Positions 40,601 through 53,200 of a DNA stretch of 64,000 nucleotides are shown piece after piece. The notes beneath the pieces are model-generated. The model made no database searches. It worked only from the letters and a program-made list of their open reading frames with translations, and was not told the DNA's origin. How positions within the stretch are numbered: position 1 is the first letter of the stretch; each line of letters opens with the position of its first letter. A program made the position numbers and the translations under genes. Source of the DNA: Torpedo marmorata (lineage: Eukaryota); assembly GCA_977017645.1 (NCBI GenBank), contig OZ360243.1:44206001-44270000 (forward strand), read 5' to 3'.

Positions 40601-41950
40601 TCTCTTCATACCTTCTTTTTGCTATCCTAATTCCTCTCTTAAGATTCTTTTTACATTCAATGTATTTTTCAAACATCTCCTTATTTCCATGCTTCTTATA
40701 CTTAATATACGCCTCCCTTTTTTTCCGAACCAAGTTTCCAATATTCCTCGAGAACCACGGCTCCCTCAAACCTTTTGCCCCTCCTTTTAACCTAACAGGA
40801 ACATAAATCTTTTGCACTCGTAATTGTGTAAACGACATCAATTGGTTCCCTTCATAACAATCTTCTATCTTCTTTATTCCTTTCTGTGACCATATGTTTA
40901 AAAATTGATGATCTTTTGTAAAAGGTATAAGATTATTCTGTATCAAAGACATTTTAGGTGATGTAGTTCCTTTCATTCCTATCTCATCATTAATCTTGTT
41001 CCAAGCATTAATCAAATGTTTTAATAACGGTGCTTCTTTAACACCTGTCAATAATTTTGAATTCCATTTATATATAAATTCTTCTGGTACCTTTTCTCCT
41101 ATTTCTCCAAGCTCTATTCCAACCCATGCAGGTCTTCCTTCACTTTCAAAAAAAGAAGAAACAGATATCATTTGTGCCACTCGATAATAATTTTTAAAAT
41201 TAGGGAGTTGTAAACCTCCCAATTCGTATTTCCATGTTAAACGTTCCATAGAAACTCTTGACATTTTACCTTTCCAAATAAATTTTCGCACTTGTTTATT
41301 TAAATCCTGAAAAAAAACCTGTGGTAATAAAATAGGTATAGTTTGATACAAATACTGTATCCTTGGAAATATATTCATTTTAATACAGTTAACTCTTCCT
41401 ATCAATGTAATAGGTAAATTAATCCATTTTTCCAAATCTTCTTTAATCTTTTTAAGCAGTGGTAAATAATTCCACTTATATAAATTTTTAAAATTATTAT
41501 CTGTTCGAATCCCGAGATATTTTATCCCATTATGTGGCCATTTAAACTGAGTACTTCTTTTACATAAAGTATAATCTCCCTCTGTAAGAGGCATAATTTC
41601 ACTTTTATCCCAGTTTATCTTATAACCGGAAACTTTCCCATATTCCTCCGATTTAAAATGCAGTCTTTGCAGAGAAGTCTCAGGCTCTGTCAAATATATT
41701 AAAACATCATCCGCAAATAAACTGATTTTATGTTGCTCTTGACCAACTGTAAATCCCTTAATTGCCAAATCACTTCTAATTGCCTCTGCCAATGGTTCTA
41801 TAGCTAATATAAATAAAGCTGGTGACAATGGGCACCCTTGTTGGCTAGATCTTGTCAAACAAAACGAAGTTGATATTTGTCCGTTAGTCACTACTTTAGC
41901 TTTTGGAGCATTATATAATGCTTTAATCCAATCTATATAAATCCTCCCAA
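37610..41950 (-). mobile_element. 5'-truncated L1 of a more divergent family, interrupted by a CR1 (pieces 37610-38730 and 40818-41950)
   Basis: Poly-T tail, QQGCPLSP and FADD motifs, C-terminal CFRC. The TSD is not clearly readable (possibly TGTTATTTTT), so the 5' boundary is approximate. Confidence 0.88.
38731..40817 (-). mobile_element. CR1 LINE, 5'-truncated, inserted in L1 ORF2
   Basis: RT ORF 38824-40020 (MDFSKAFD, VPQGSVLGP, YADD), one frameshift near 40070, and a (TAACCATA)n tail on the plus strand. Confidence 0.93.
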
Positions 41951-42032
41951 AATGTTATAAAAATGTTATTTTTAATAATCATTCAAACACCAATGGATAA
42001 TTATATCCAATAAAAATGCACATGCTGGATAC

Positions 42033-45000
42033 TGTTATGGACCATGACTGACCATTTGGACTGCGGACAGTCAGCAGGAAGGATGAAGTATTTTGGAGTA
42101 CACACTGGGACCAGGTACTGAAAGAGTTAACTTGCCCAGGACTTGGTGTACCCAGAGAGAGAGAGAGAGAGAGCAGAGAGAGACAGGCTGTGGAAAAGAT
42201 ACTTTGTTGCACTTTTGCAAAAGCAGGTGCAGACCTCTGCAAAAACCAGACAGTTGGGAGTTGCAAAGGCTAGAGAACACAGCCAAATCCAGGCTTGTGG
42301 ATCCCAGGAAAAAGGCTGGAAGAATAGCACATGGCCTCCTGTCTCAGAGAAATTCTGAGTTAAAAGCAACTTCTGTGGAGAACAGGCGTGAGATCAGCGA
42401 GACCAGCTGTGAGATCCAAGCACACGCCTCAATCAGTGGTATACTGATCTGAACTCGCAATCCTTATGAAAACACAAGAAGGGAACGTCATCAGAGAAGA
42501 AAAACAAGTATTTGTAAGCATAAACAGTCATTGTCTCTCTCCAACGTTCATTCAGAAGTACTTCTACCAGACACAGAGCTGAATTTGAAACATGAACTTA
42601 GAGAGTGAATTTTGTGGACTGTATTATTCTTTTTTTTGACTGACTTGTTTTTTATGACTGACCTGGGGTTTTTGGGGAAAGTTTTTCCATTTTTACATAA
42701 GGGTTGGGCACAGACTGTAATGGTCTGGGCTTTACACACGCACACACACACACCTTTTATTTTTTATTTTTTAATTTTTTAAATATTTTATTTAAATTTT
42801 AAAATCACAAATTACATAAAATAATTTTGCATATATTTCAGAGAAAAATACATGTGATTTACATTTTCTCCCCCCTTCCCACCCTCCCCACCCTAACCCC
42901 TATATCCCCTCTACTCTAAAAAATAATAATATAGTAAAGAGAAAAGAAAAAGGAAAGATAGAATAATAGAATGAGGAGAAAACAACTTAAAACTAATTTA
43001 CCTTAGAGGTTATTTCGCCAGTGGATCTGACATCCAGAGAATTTACATTGTTAAACCCATAATCCTCATATATGGGCCCCAAATTTTCAAAAAAGAATGA
43101 TATTTATTTCGCAAATTATAAGTAATTTATTCTAAAGGTATACATGAACGTAACTCTGCATGCCATCGTTCTAAATTTAAATCCACATCTGACTTCCAAG
43201 TAATAGCTATACACTTTTTCGAAACTGCTAATACTATACGTAAAAATTCTACTTGGTACATATTTAATCTATTTCTAATACTAAATTTTTTAATATCCCC
43301 GAATAAAAATAACATGGGATCCATTGTAAACTCAATATTAAAAATTCTCTCTAAAAAATTCTTAACTTTCAACCAAAAATCTTGAATTTTTGAACATAAC
43401 CATGTACAATGTACAAAAGAACCTATTTCACTTTTACATCTAAAACACATATCTGATAACGCTGGATTAAATTTCTTCAATTTTTTAGGTGTTAAATATA
43501 ATTGATAAAAAAAATTATATTGTACTAATCTATATCTAACATTAATAACTTTAGTCATACTTAATTTACATAAATCTTTCCAATGATTTTCATCTATATT
43601 AACATTTAAGTCTAATTCCCATTTTAATCTAGATTTATGCAACCCGACTTTAAACATCTTTCTCTGAAACAATTTATACATTTGTGATATAAACTTATTA
43701 ATATTAGCTTTAGTAATTAACAATTCCAATTCATTTTGTCTTGGTGCTATTAATTCATTCCCTAATCTCTCAGTCAAAAAAGCTTTAACTTGAAAATAAA
43801 CTAACATTGTATTATCTAATATATTAAATTTTTCTTTTAACCTTTGAAAAGTAATAAATCTACCAGCTTCAAAACAATCTTTAAAAGTCTTAATTCCCTT
43901 TTGAAACCATAACCTAAGTAGCTGATTATCCATAGAAAATGGTATAAGCGGATTTTGGTATATTGGTGTATTTAAAGATATTGATCCTTTTCGACCTATT
44001 TCTTTATCTACCTGTGACCAAATTTCCAACAAGTGTTTAATAATTGGTGTGTTTTTCTTTTTAACTGACAACAATTTAGAATTCCATTTAGAAATAATCT
44101 CTTCTTTATGTGTTTCTCCTATATTATTCAATTCTATATTAATCCAGGCAGATGATTTATTCAAATCAAAAAATTCATTAATAAACTTTAATTGAGCTAC
44201 TTTATAGTAATACTGAAAGTTGGGAAGTTGTAATCCTCCCATCTCATAGTTCCATGTTAATTTATCTATACTTACTCTTGCCAACTTTCCTTTCCATAAA
44301 AATTTCCTAACAACAAATTTTAAATCCTTAAAAAATTTATTTGGAATACCATAAGGAATCGATTGAAAAAGATATTGAATTCTTGGAAAAACATTCATTT
44401 TGATACAATTTACTCTTCCCATCAAAGTTATAGGTAAGTCTTTCCAAAGTTCTAAATCTTTTTTTATTTTCATAAATAAAGGTATATAATTTAATTTATA
44501 CAAATTTTCCAATTTTGTATCCACTTTAACTCCCAAATATTTAATACTCTCTTTAGTCCATTTAAAATCCGTAACTTCCTTACATCTAGTATAATCCCCT
44601 TGAGATAAAGCCAAAATCTCACTTTTATCTGAGTTAATTTTATATCCTGATATCTCACCATATTCTGTCAATATAATAGCCAATCGTTGAAGTGATGTAA
44701 CAGATTTCGTCATATATATTAATACATCGTCTGCAAATAAACTAATCTTATGTTCTTCCCTACCAACTTTTATTCCCATTATATTTATATCTTCTCTAAT
44801 CATTTCAGCTAAAGGCTCTATTACCAAAACAAACAAAGCAGGTGACAAAGGACATCCCTGTCTTGTTGATCTTGATAACAAAAATTTTTGTGATACTTGT
44901 CCATTTGTAACTACTTTGGCCGTAGGTTCTTTATATATAGTTTTAATCCAATTTATAAAATTATCTCCAAATCCAAATTTTTCCAAAACTTGTAATAAAA

Positions 45001-45367
45001 AATTCCACTCTACTCTATCAAAAGCCTTCTCTGCATCCAATGTTACCACCAATGGTAAATCCTGTTTCTTCTTATATACATTAATCAAACTTATCAATCT
45101 AGCTATATTATCTTTCGAATATCTATTCTTAATAAATCCAGCTTGATCTGAATGTATTAGATTTGGTAAATATTTAGCTAGTCTATTTGCTAAAATTTTT
45201 GCCATTATTTACACACACACCTTTTAGATAAGAATAGTGTTTATAGACGTTTATAGTGGGGTTAATTGTTGTGAAATTATATGTTTAATTGTCTTTAATA
45301 AATATAAATTTCAATTTTACACCTTTTGCATTGCGTCTTCTGTCGTAGCTGGTTTGAATTTGTAACA
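42033..45367 (+). repeat. 5' LTR of the Gmr1-type element, interrupted by an L1 at 42760-45210
   Basis: Near-identical to the 3' LTR once the insertions are removed. Contains (GA)n and (CA)n tracts. Confidence 0.92.
42760..45210 (-). mobile_element. 5'-truncated L1 in the 5' LTR; 692-aa ORF2 segment (43127-45205)
   Basis: 16-bp TSD ACACACACACCTTTTA at 42744-42759 and 45211-45226. The insertion is absent from the 3' LTR. Confidence 0.94.
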
Positions 45368-45371
45368 AAAT

Positions 45372-45395
45372 TGGGGGCTCGTCGCGGGATTTGAA
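45372..45395 (+). promoter_or_regulatory. Primer-binding site complementary to the tRNA-Pro 3' end
   Basis: TGGGGGCTCGTC(G)CGGGATTTGAA, 4 nt after the LTR, against canonical TGGGGGCTCGTCCGGGAT. Confidence 0.85.
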
Positions 45396-45499
45396 TCAAA
45401 ATCCATCTTGGTAATTGAAGGAATCCCAGTTTGGTTTAAGGCATTCCTTTTGTAAAGCTAATTAAAAGCTAGTGTGTGTGTAACAAAAAACCAGCAACA

Positions 45500-47094
45500 A
45501 TGGATGTAGAACATTTTTTGGAATCACCTGAACCTGATACTTTAAAAAAGGCGAAAAAGGAACAGTTAGTGGCAATAGCAACAAAGCTGGGCATTGCTTC
45601 TGTAAAAGCATCTATGAAAAAGGCAGAGATTGGGAGAAAAATTGTCAAATACTATATAAAAGAAAAAAATTTGAGGAGAGCGTGTTAGAGCAGTTTCCCA
45701 AGGGTAAACCTTCTGAAAACATACAATTGGAAATAAAGAAATTGGAATTGGAACAAAAGAAATTGGAGGCAGCCAGGGAACAAAAGAAATTAGAATTGGA
45801 GGCAGCCAGGGAACAAAAGAAATTAGACATGGAAATGGAATTGGAACTAAAGAGACACGAGAACGATGAGAGAAATAGGAGATATATGCTGGAAAATATA
45901 AAGTTGGAAAATGAGAGGAGACAAGAAGAGTGCCATGATCAAATTCGTCATCCTGCTGAGGGGTTTTTGGCTAGTAGAGAAGTTAGGTTGGTTCCTCCAT
46001 TTGAGGAGGCAGAAATAGATAAGTACTTCCAACATTTTGAGAAGGTGGCTGTGAAATTAAAATGGCCACAAGACCAATGGTCTCTTATGTTACAAAGTGT
46101 AATAAAAGGAAAAGCTCAGCAAGCTTATTCTACTCTTACCACAGAACAAGCTGCTGATTATGAAACGGTGAAAAAGGCTATACTCCAGGCTTATGAGTTA
46201 GTTCCAGAGGCTTATAGACAGAAGTTTAGAAATTTAAAAAGATCAGCTACCCAATCTTATACAGAGTTTGCCTATGAAAAGGTTGTGTGTTTTGACAGGT
46301 GGTGCACATCTAAGGCGGTAAGCAATGATTACAATCAATTGAGAGAATTGATAATAATCGAGGAGATAAAAAGGTGTGTTCCTGAGGATATTAAGGCATA
46401 CTTAGATGAAAAGGAGGTGAAAACTTGGCAAAATTCAGCTAAGTTAGCAGATGAATATGCTTTAACCCACAAGCCTAAGTGGATGTCAGGTAGAATTTTC
46501 CAAAAGGTCACTGTGGATAATCAGAAGCAAGTGGAAAGTAAATTTGGAAGTGGTGTTAAGGAAAGGGATGAAGGAAAGTGGAAAAGGGAAAACCATTCGG
46601 GTCCCATTTGCCACTACTGTAGGAAGGCTGGTCATATGCTAGCAAGCTGTCCAGTGTTGAAAAAGAAGAGAGAAAAGGATGCAACACCAAATGCTTGTAT
46701 TCAGAGTGAGAAGAGGCATAACACCCAGGAAGGAGATAAATTTACTGACAAAGTTAAAGATGTATTTAAACCTTTTGTGACTGATGGTTTTGCTTCAGTT
46801 AAGGCAGGATCAAAACAAGTTCCAGTGAAAATCTTGCGAGATACTGGAGCTGCTCAGTCACTTGTGTTAGATAGTGTCTTGGAATTTTGTGAAGCTACTG
46901 ACACCGGTGACATAAATTTAATTAAAGGAATTAGTGGTGAGGTTGAGTTCATTCCTTTGCACAAAATAGTATTGGACTCAGACTTGGTGGAAGGACCAGT
47001 TATAATAGGAGTGCGATCAGAGTTGCCAGTAGAAGGAGTCTCACTGTTGTTAGGCAATGACTTGGCCAAGGGTAAAGTAGTTCCTGCAGTGTGA
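45500..47094 (+). pseudogene. Gmr1-type gag (SCAN-like capsid domain, CCHC knuckle) and protease, frameshifted near 45670
   Basis: LVPPFEE, YELVPEAYRQKFR, CHYCRKAGHMLASC and ILRDTGA. Confidence 0.88.
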
Positions 47095-49352
47095 ATGACC
47101 ACTAAGCCAGTCATTGATAAGTCAGAGAAAGACTCTGATATTTATCCGGCATGTGCCATAACCAGGGCCATGTCTAAGAAAAATGTCACTGTAGAGAAGG
47201 CAGTGGAAAATAACTTGCTGAAAGAAAAAGTAAGTGATAATCAAGAAAACCTGGAAAAGGTTGAGCAATCTCCTGTGTAACACCCATCCACTGATAAGAC
47301 ACCTAAAGGCACAGATTTGTCACTATCCCGACAGGAGTTAATAGCAAGGCAAAAGGACGATCCTGATCTTGCTGAGGTGAGGGATAAGATTCTCTCTGAA
47401 GAGGAGTTTAAAAAGGTGCCAGTGGGTTATTATGAAAAAGATGGGGTGTTGATGAGAAAGTGGAGACCATGTGATGTTCCTGCCAATGAAGAATGGGCAG
47501 TAGTGCAGCAGGTTGTGATCCCTAAAGTATATAGGGATGCAATAATAACTTTGGCTCATAGTACACCCTTAGGTGGTCATCTTGGGGTGAAGAAAACTAT
47601 AAGTAAGATAATGAAACAATTTTATTGGCCCAGTTTGAGAAGGGAGGTTGTAAGCTTTTGCCGGGCCTGTCACACTTGTCAGGTGGTGGGTAAACCTAAT
47701 CAGGGTCCCCCGGTGGCACCCTTGCAACCTATCCCTGCTTTCAGTGAGCCTTTCTCGAGAGTAATTGTGGACTGTGTTGGCCCATTGCCCAAAACCAAAG
47801 CGGGGAATGAGTATTTGTTAACAATTATGTGTGCAGCCACCAGATTTCCAGAGGCCATTCCTCTGAGAAACATAAAAGCAAAGTCAATTGTAAAGGCTAT
47901 GGTAAAGTTTTTCACCTTGGTAGGTTTGCCAAGGGAAATTCAATCAGATCAGGGCAGTAATTTCATGTCAGGCGTTTTCCAACAAGTGGTTGATGGACTG
48001 GGAGTTAAACAGATTGTATCCTCTGCGTACCATCCAGAAAGTCAAGGGGCCTTGGAGAGGTTCCATTCGACTTTGAAAACCATGATTAGAACCTATTGTT
48101 GTGAGAAGGAAAAGGATTGGGATGAGAGGGTTCATTTGTTGTTATTTGCAGCGAGGCTGTCCAAGAAACACTTGGTTTTAGTCCATTTGAGTTAGTTTTC
48201 GGACATGAGGTGAGAGGTCCTTTAAGATTATTAAAAGAACAGTGGATTAATCGTGATGTGCATTTAAATCTGTTAGATTATGTTTCCAAATTTAAGGATC
48301 GATTGCATAGGGCTTGTGAGATGGCAAAGGAGAATTTAAAGGCCACTCAACAGAGAATGGTTTGGTATGATCGAAAGGCTAAGGTGAGAACTTTTAAACC
48401 TGGTGAGAATGTATTAGTTCTGTTTCCCATCCATTCAAATCCTCTTAGGGCTAGATTTTCAGGACCCTATAGAGTTAAGTCAAAAATTAATGATGTCACC
48501 TATGTCATAGAAACACCTAATCGCAGACGAGACACACAGGTCTGTCATGTGAATATGATTAAGCCATATTTTGAACAGGTGCCACACAAAGAGACTGAAC
48601 ATTTACCAGAGGTACTGGTTATTGACAGGGGTAAGGAGGAGACAGATAAAACCAGTTTCAGAGAGGGTCATGGGACTGTTAATTCTCTGAGTTATGTAGT
48701 AGGACAGGGGAAGTTGGCGCCAGTAGAGGCAAAGGTTGTGACTATTTCCGAGTTCCCTGTTCCAACTGGTAAGAAAACTCTGAGGAGGTTCTTGGGAATG
48801 ATTGGCTACTACCGCAAGTTCTGTAAAAACTTTGCTGATCTTGCACTCCCTCTCACAAATTTGTTTAGAAAGAAAGAAAAATTTGTATGGTCAACAGGTT
48901 GTCAGGAAGCATTTGTCAAAGTGAAAGCCATGTTATGCCACCAACCTGTGCTTAAGTCACCTAATTTAGAACAGTCGTTTTCTTTAGCCGTGGATGCCAG
49001 CGATGAAGCTGTGGGAGCGGTGCTGTTACAGAAGAAGAACGAAGAGGACTTTGACCATCCGGTATCCTACTTCTCGAAGAAGTTCAATGATCATCAAAGG
49101 AATTATTCAACCATAGAAAAAGAGTTGTTGGCTCTTGTGTTGGCTCTACAACACTTTGATGTGTATATCTGTACAGCTCAAAAACCACTCATAGTGTATA
49201 CTGACCATAATCCATTGGTTTTTCTTTGTAAAATGAAAAATAAGAATCGACGGTTGTTGAATTGGAGTCTAATTTTGCAAGATTATGATTTGGTAATCAC
49301 ACATATAAAAGGGAAAGATAATGTAATTGCTGATTGTCTTTCTAGATGTTAA
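47095..49352 (+). pseudogene. Gmr1-type pol remnant: integrase, GPY/F module, RT C-terminal stub and RNase H
   Basis: AH...GHLG...CHTC, VDCVGPLP, IQSDQG, FSGPY, VDASD and YTDHNPL. No YxDD motif is present. Confidence 0.88.
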
Positions 49353-49936
49353 ACTTTATCAATGAAAATAGTTCATATTTTGTATTTGTGGATGACCATT
49401 GTGGGTTTTGTTTATATTGTGACACCTCAATTAATTTCCAAAATTTTGTTCTTACAGACCAAAATTTTCTTTGTGGGTGGGAGGTGTTATGGACCATGAC
49501 TGACCATTTGGACTGCGGACAGTCAGCAGGAAGGATGAAGTATTTTGGAGTACACACTGGGACCAGGTACTGAAAGAGTTAACTTGCCCAGGACTTGGTG
49601 TACCCAGAGAGAGAGAGAGAGAGCAGAGAGAGACAGGCTGTGGAAAAGATACTTTGTTGCACTTTTGCAAAAGCAGGTGCAGACCTCTGCAAAAACCAGA
49701 CAGTTGGGAGTTGCAAAGGCTAGAGAACACAGCCAAATCCAAGCTTGTGGATCCCAGGGAAAAGGCTGGAAGAAAAGCACATGGCCTCCTGTCTCAGAGA
49801 AATTCTGAGTTAAAAGCAACTTCTGTGGAGAACAGGCATGAGATCAGCGAGACCAGCTGTGAGATCCAAGCACACGCCTCAATCAGTGGTATACTGATCT
49901 GAACTCGCAATCCTTATGAAAACACAAGAAGGGAAC

Positions 49937-50187
49937 TGATAGGCCTATCAATAAACACACGAAGGCTATGACCGTGAGTGAATCATAGGCTTTTATTACC
50001 TTAGAACTAAGCAGTACTTTCCAGCAGCTCTGACCCGGACTGGAGGGGTGGCCGTGATACAGAGGCCTTTATTCAGGTGAGGAAAGGGGAGGGATTACCT
50101 GGACACCCAAGGGAGGGGAGGGAGTAGACATCGGGACAGCCTGCAGTACATACCTACACCACAATACACAAACAGTGGTTTACCACA
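49937..50187 (-). repeat. 3' LTR (251 bp) of the nested Gypsy element
   Basis: Reads TGTGGTA...CCTATCA on the minus strand, directly after the PPT. Confidence 0.94.
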
Positions 50188-50296
50188 TTCACCCCTCCTT
50201 TTTAAAAAAGAGTCCAGCGGGGTGACGTGACCACTCTAATTAAGTTACAGAAAACACACAGTAAATATAATACAGAAAAATATATACAAGCCCTTT

Positions 50297-53200
50297 TTAC
50301 AGGTCAAGGCAATCCGGCGGTCGAATTTGCCGCTGTGACCTGCGTAGTGGCGGGGCGGGTTGTGGTGATGGGGGAGATGGTAGGGTTGTCTGTGCAGTCG
50401 CCTCCTGCCTGGCCTCTTGGAATGTCTGTGGTCCCGGCGAGGGGGCTGGGTCTGGCACACTGGGTGGGGAATTAGGATTAGAGGGGTTTTGCAGGAGGTG
50501 GTAATTAGAGGGGTTTTGCAGCAGGTGGTCTTGCCCGTCGGAATGTTCTGCCGGTGCCCCAGCGGGCGCCAGATCCCGAATCGAGACAGTGTCCTCTCGC
50601 CCATCAGGGAAGACCACGTACGCATATTGTGGGTTGGCGTGCGCCAACTGCACCCTCTGGACTGCCGGCTCATATTTGCTGCTCCGAAGGTGATTGCGGA
50701 GCAGCACTGGTCCCGGGGACGTCAGCCAGGCAGGTAGGGCGGTTCCGGTGGTCGACTTCCTGGGGAAGGAAAAAAATCGTTCATGAGGGGTTGCGTTGGT
50801 GGATGTGCACAGCAGGGACCGGATAGAGTGGAGGGCTTTGGGGAGAACCTCCTGCCAGCGGGAAACCGGCCATCCCTTGGACTTGAGAGCCAAGAGCGCG
50901 GCCTTCCATACAGTAGCGTTCTCCCTTTCCACCTGTCCATTCCCCCGGGGCTTGTATCCGGTGGTCCTGCTAGTGGCGATGCCTCGGGCCTGCAGGTACC
51001 GTCGCAGCTCCTCACTCATAAAAGCTGCTCCCCGGTCGCTATGTATGTAGTTTGGGAAGCCAAACAGTGTGAATACCTGGTGGAGAGCTTTTATGGTTGA
51101 GGTAGCCGAAGTGTCGGGGCAGGGGATGGCAAAGGGGAACCGCGAGTACTCATCGATAATGTTTAAGAAGTACACGTTGCGATTCGTGGAGGGAAGGGGC
51201 CCCTTGAAGTCAATACTGAGACGTTCAAAAGGGCGAGTGGCTTTGATCAGCTGTGCCCTGTCGGGGTGGTAGAACTGAGGTTTGCACTCCGCGCAAACCC
51301 GGCAACTTCTGATCAATGTCCTGACCTCTTCCAGGGAGTATGGCAGGTTCTGTGACTTCACAAAGTGAAAGAGCCTGGTAATCCCTGGGTGGCAGAGGGC
51401 GTTGTGTAGGGCATGTAATCGGTCGATCTGCGCGCTGGCGCATGATCCCCGGGATAGAGCATCGGAGGGCTCATTGAGCTTCCCGGGCCGGTAAAGTATG
51501 TCGTAATTGTAGGTGGAGAGTTCTATTCTCCACCTCATGATCTTATCATTTTTGATCTTACCCCGCTGCTGGTTGTTGAACATAAATGCCACCGAGCGTT
51601 GGTCGGTCAGCAGGGTAAAATGCTTGCTGGCGAGATAGTGCCTCCAGTGCCTGATTGCTTCCACTATGGCCTGGGCTTCTTTCTCTACCGCGGAGTGCAG
51701 AATGTCGGGGCCTTGAAGGGTCCGTGAGAAAAACGCCACCGGCCTTCCCGCCTGGTTGAGGGTAGCAGCCAGCGCGAAGTCCGATGCGTCGCTCTCTACC
51801 TGAAAAGGTATCTCCTCATCCACCGCGTGCATTGTTGCTCGAGCAATGTCCCCTTTTATAAGGTCGAAGGCCTTACATGCCTCCGAATCAAGGGGAAATG
51901 CGGTGGATTTCACCAGGGGTCGGGCCTTATCAGCATAATTTGGTACCCACTGCGCATAATATGAGAAGAACCCGAGGCATCGTTTGAGTGCTTTGGGAGT
52001 GGAGGGAAGTGGAAGTTCCAGCAGGGGCCGCATGCAGTCGGGGTCGGGCCCAATCACTCCGTTCTCTACCACATACCCCAAAATAGCGAGGCGTGTGGTA
52101 CCAAACACACATTTTTCTTTATTATATGTCAGGTTTAGTGCTTTGGCCGCCTGCAGGAACCTCCGGAGGTTGTTGTCGTGGTCCTGACGATCCAGCCCAC
52201 AGATGGTAATATCGTCCAGGTACGGGAAAGTGGCCTTAAGTTTATAGTGGTCCACAATCCTATCCATCTCCCGCTGAAACACAGAAACTCCATTAGTAAC
52301 CCCGAACGGAACCCGCAGGAAATGGAACAGCCTACCATCTGCCTCGAACGCAGTGTACTGTCGGTCCTCCCTTCGGATAGGGAGCTGGTGATATGCGGAT
52401 TTCAGGTCTATAGTGGAAAAGACCCTGTATTGGGCGATCTGATTAACAATATCCGCTATTCGTGGTAGCGGGTATGCGTCCAACTGTGTGAATCGATTAA
52501 TCGTCTGACTGTAATCCACCACCATCCTACTCTTGGCCCCTTTTACTACGACTACCTGGGCCCTCCAGGGACTATTACTCCTCTCAATAATCCCCTCCTG
52601 TAATAATCTCTGCACCTCCATCTTGATAAACGCCCTGTCCCCCGAACTGTATCGCCTGCTCTTGGTTGCCACAGGCTTACAGTCAGGGGTCAGGTTGGCG
52701 AATAGCGACGGAGGCGAGATCTTAAGAGTGGAGAGGCCACAGGTAGTTTGGGGCGTGTTATTCAGGAACTGGTGGTTTACTACAGTGATCGCAGGGTGGG
52801 GACCGTCATACCGCATCGTGACACTCCGTAAGTGACTCTGAAAATCGAGTCCTAATAAGACAGGTGCACACAACCGATTCATAATAAACAAAGAGAATTG
52901 TCGATACTCAGTCCCTTGTACAACAATATTCGCCACACAAGCCCCCCGGATGTCTGTTGTGTGAGCCCCAGACGCCATGGCCACCCTCTGGCTTACCGGT
53001 ATGGTAGTGAGGCCACAGCGCTGGACAGTGTCCGGGTGGATGAAACTCTCCGTACTGCCCGTATCGAAGAGACAGGTGGTTTTGTGCCCCTCCACCAGGA
53101 TGTCCATCATGGATCTCGATAGCTGGTGGGGAACACTCTGGTCAAGGGTGACTGAGGCAAGGGTTGAGATGTAGTCATCTTGATCCTCTGCTGTTGTCAA

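Noticed and set aside
41979-42751. Short ORFs duplicated at 49452-49902 and 54542-54739
   Set aside because: They are incidental frames within the two LTR copies.
45682-47094. Host SCAN-domain zinc-finger gene
   Set aside because: It lies between LTRs with a PBS and a protease motif, so it is Gmr1-type gag.
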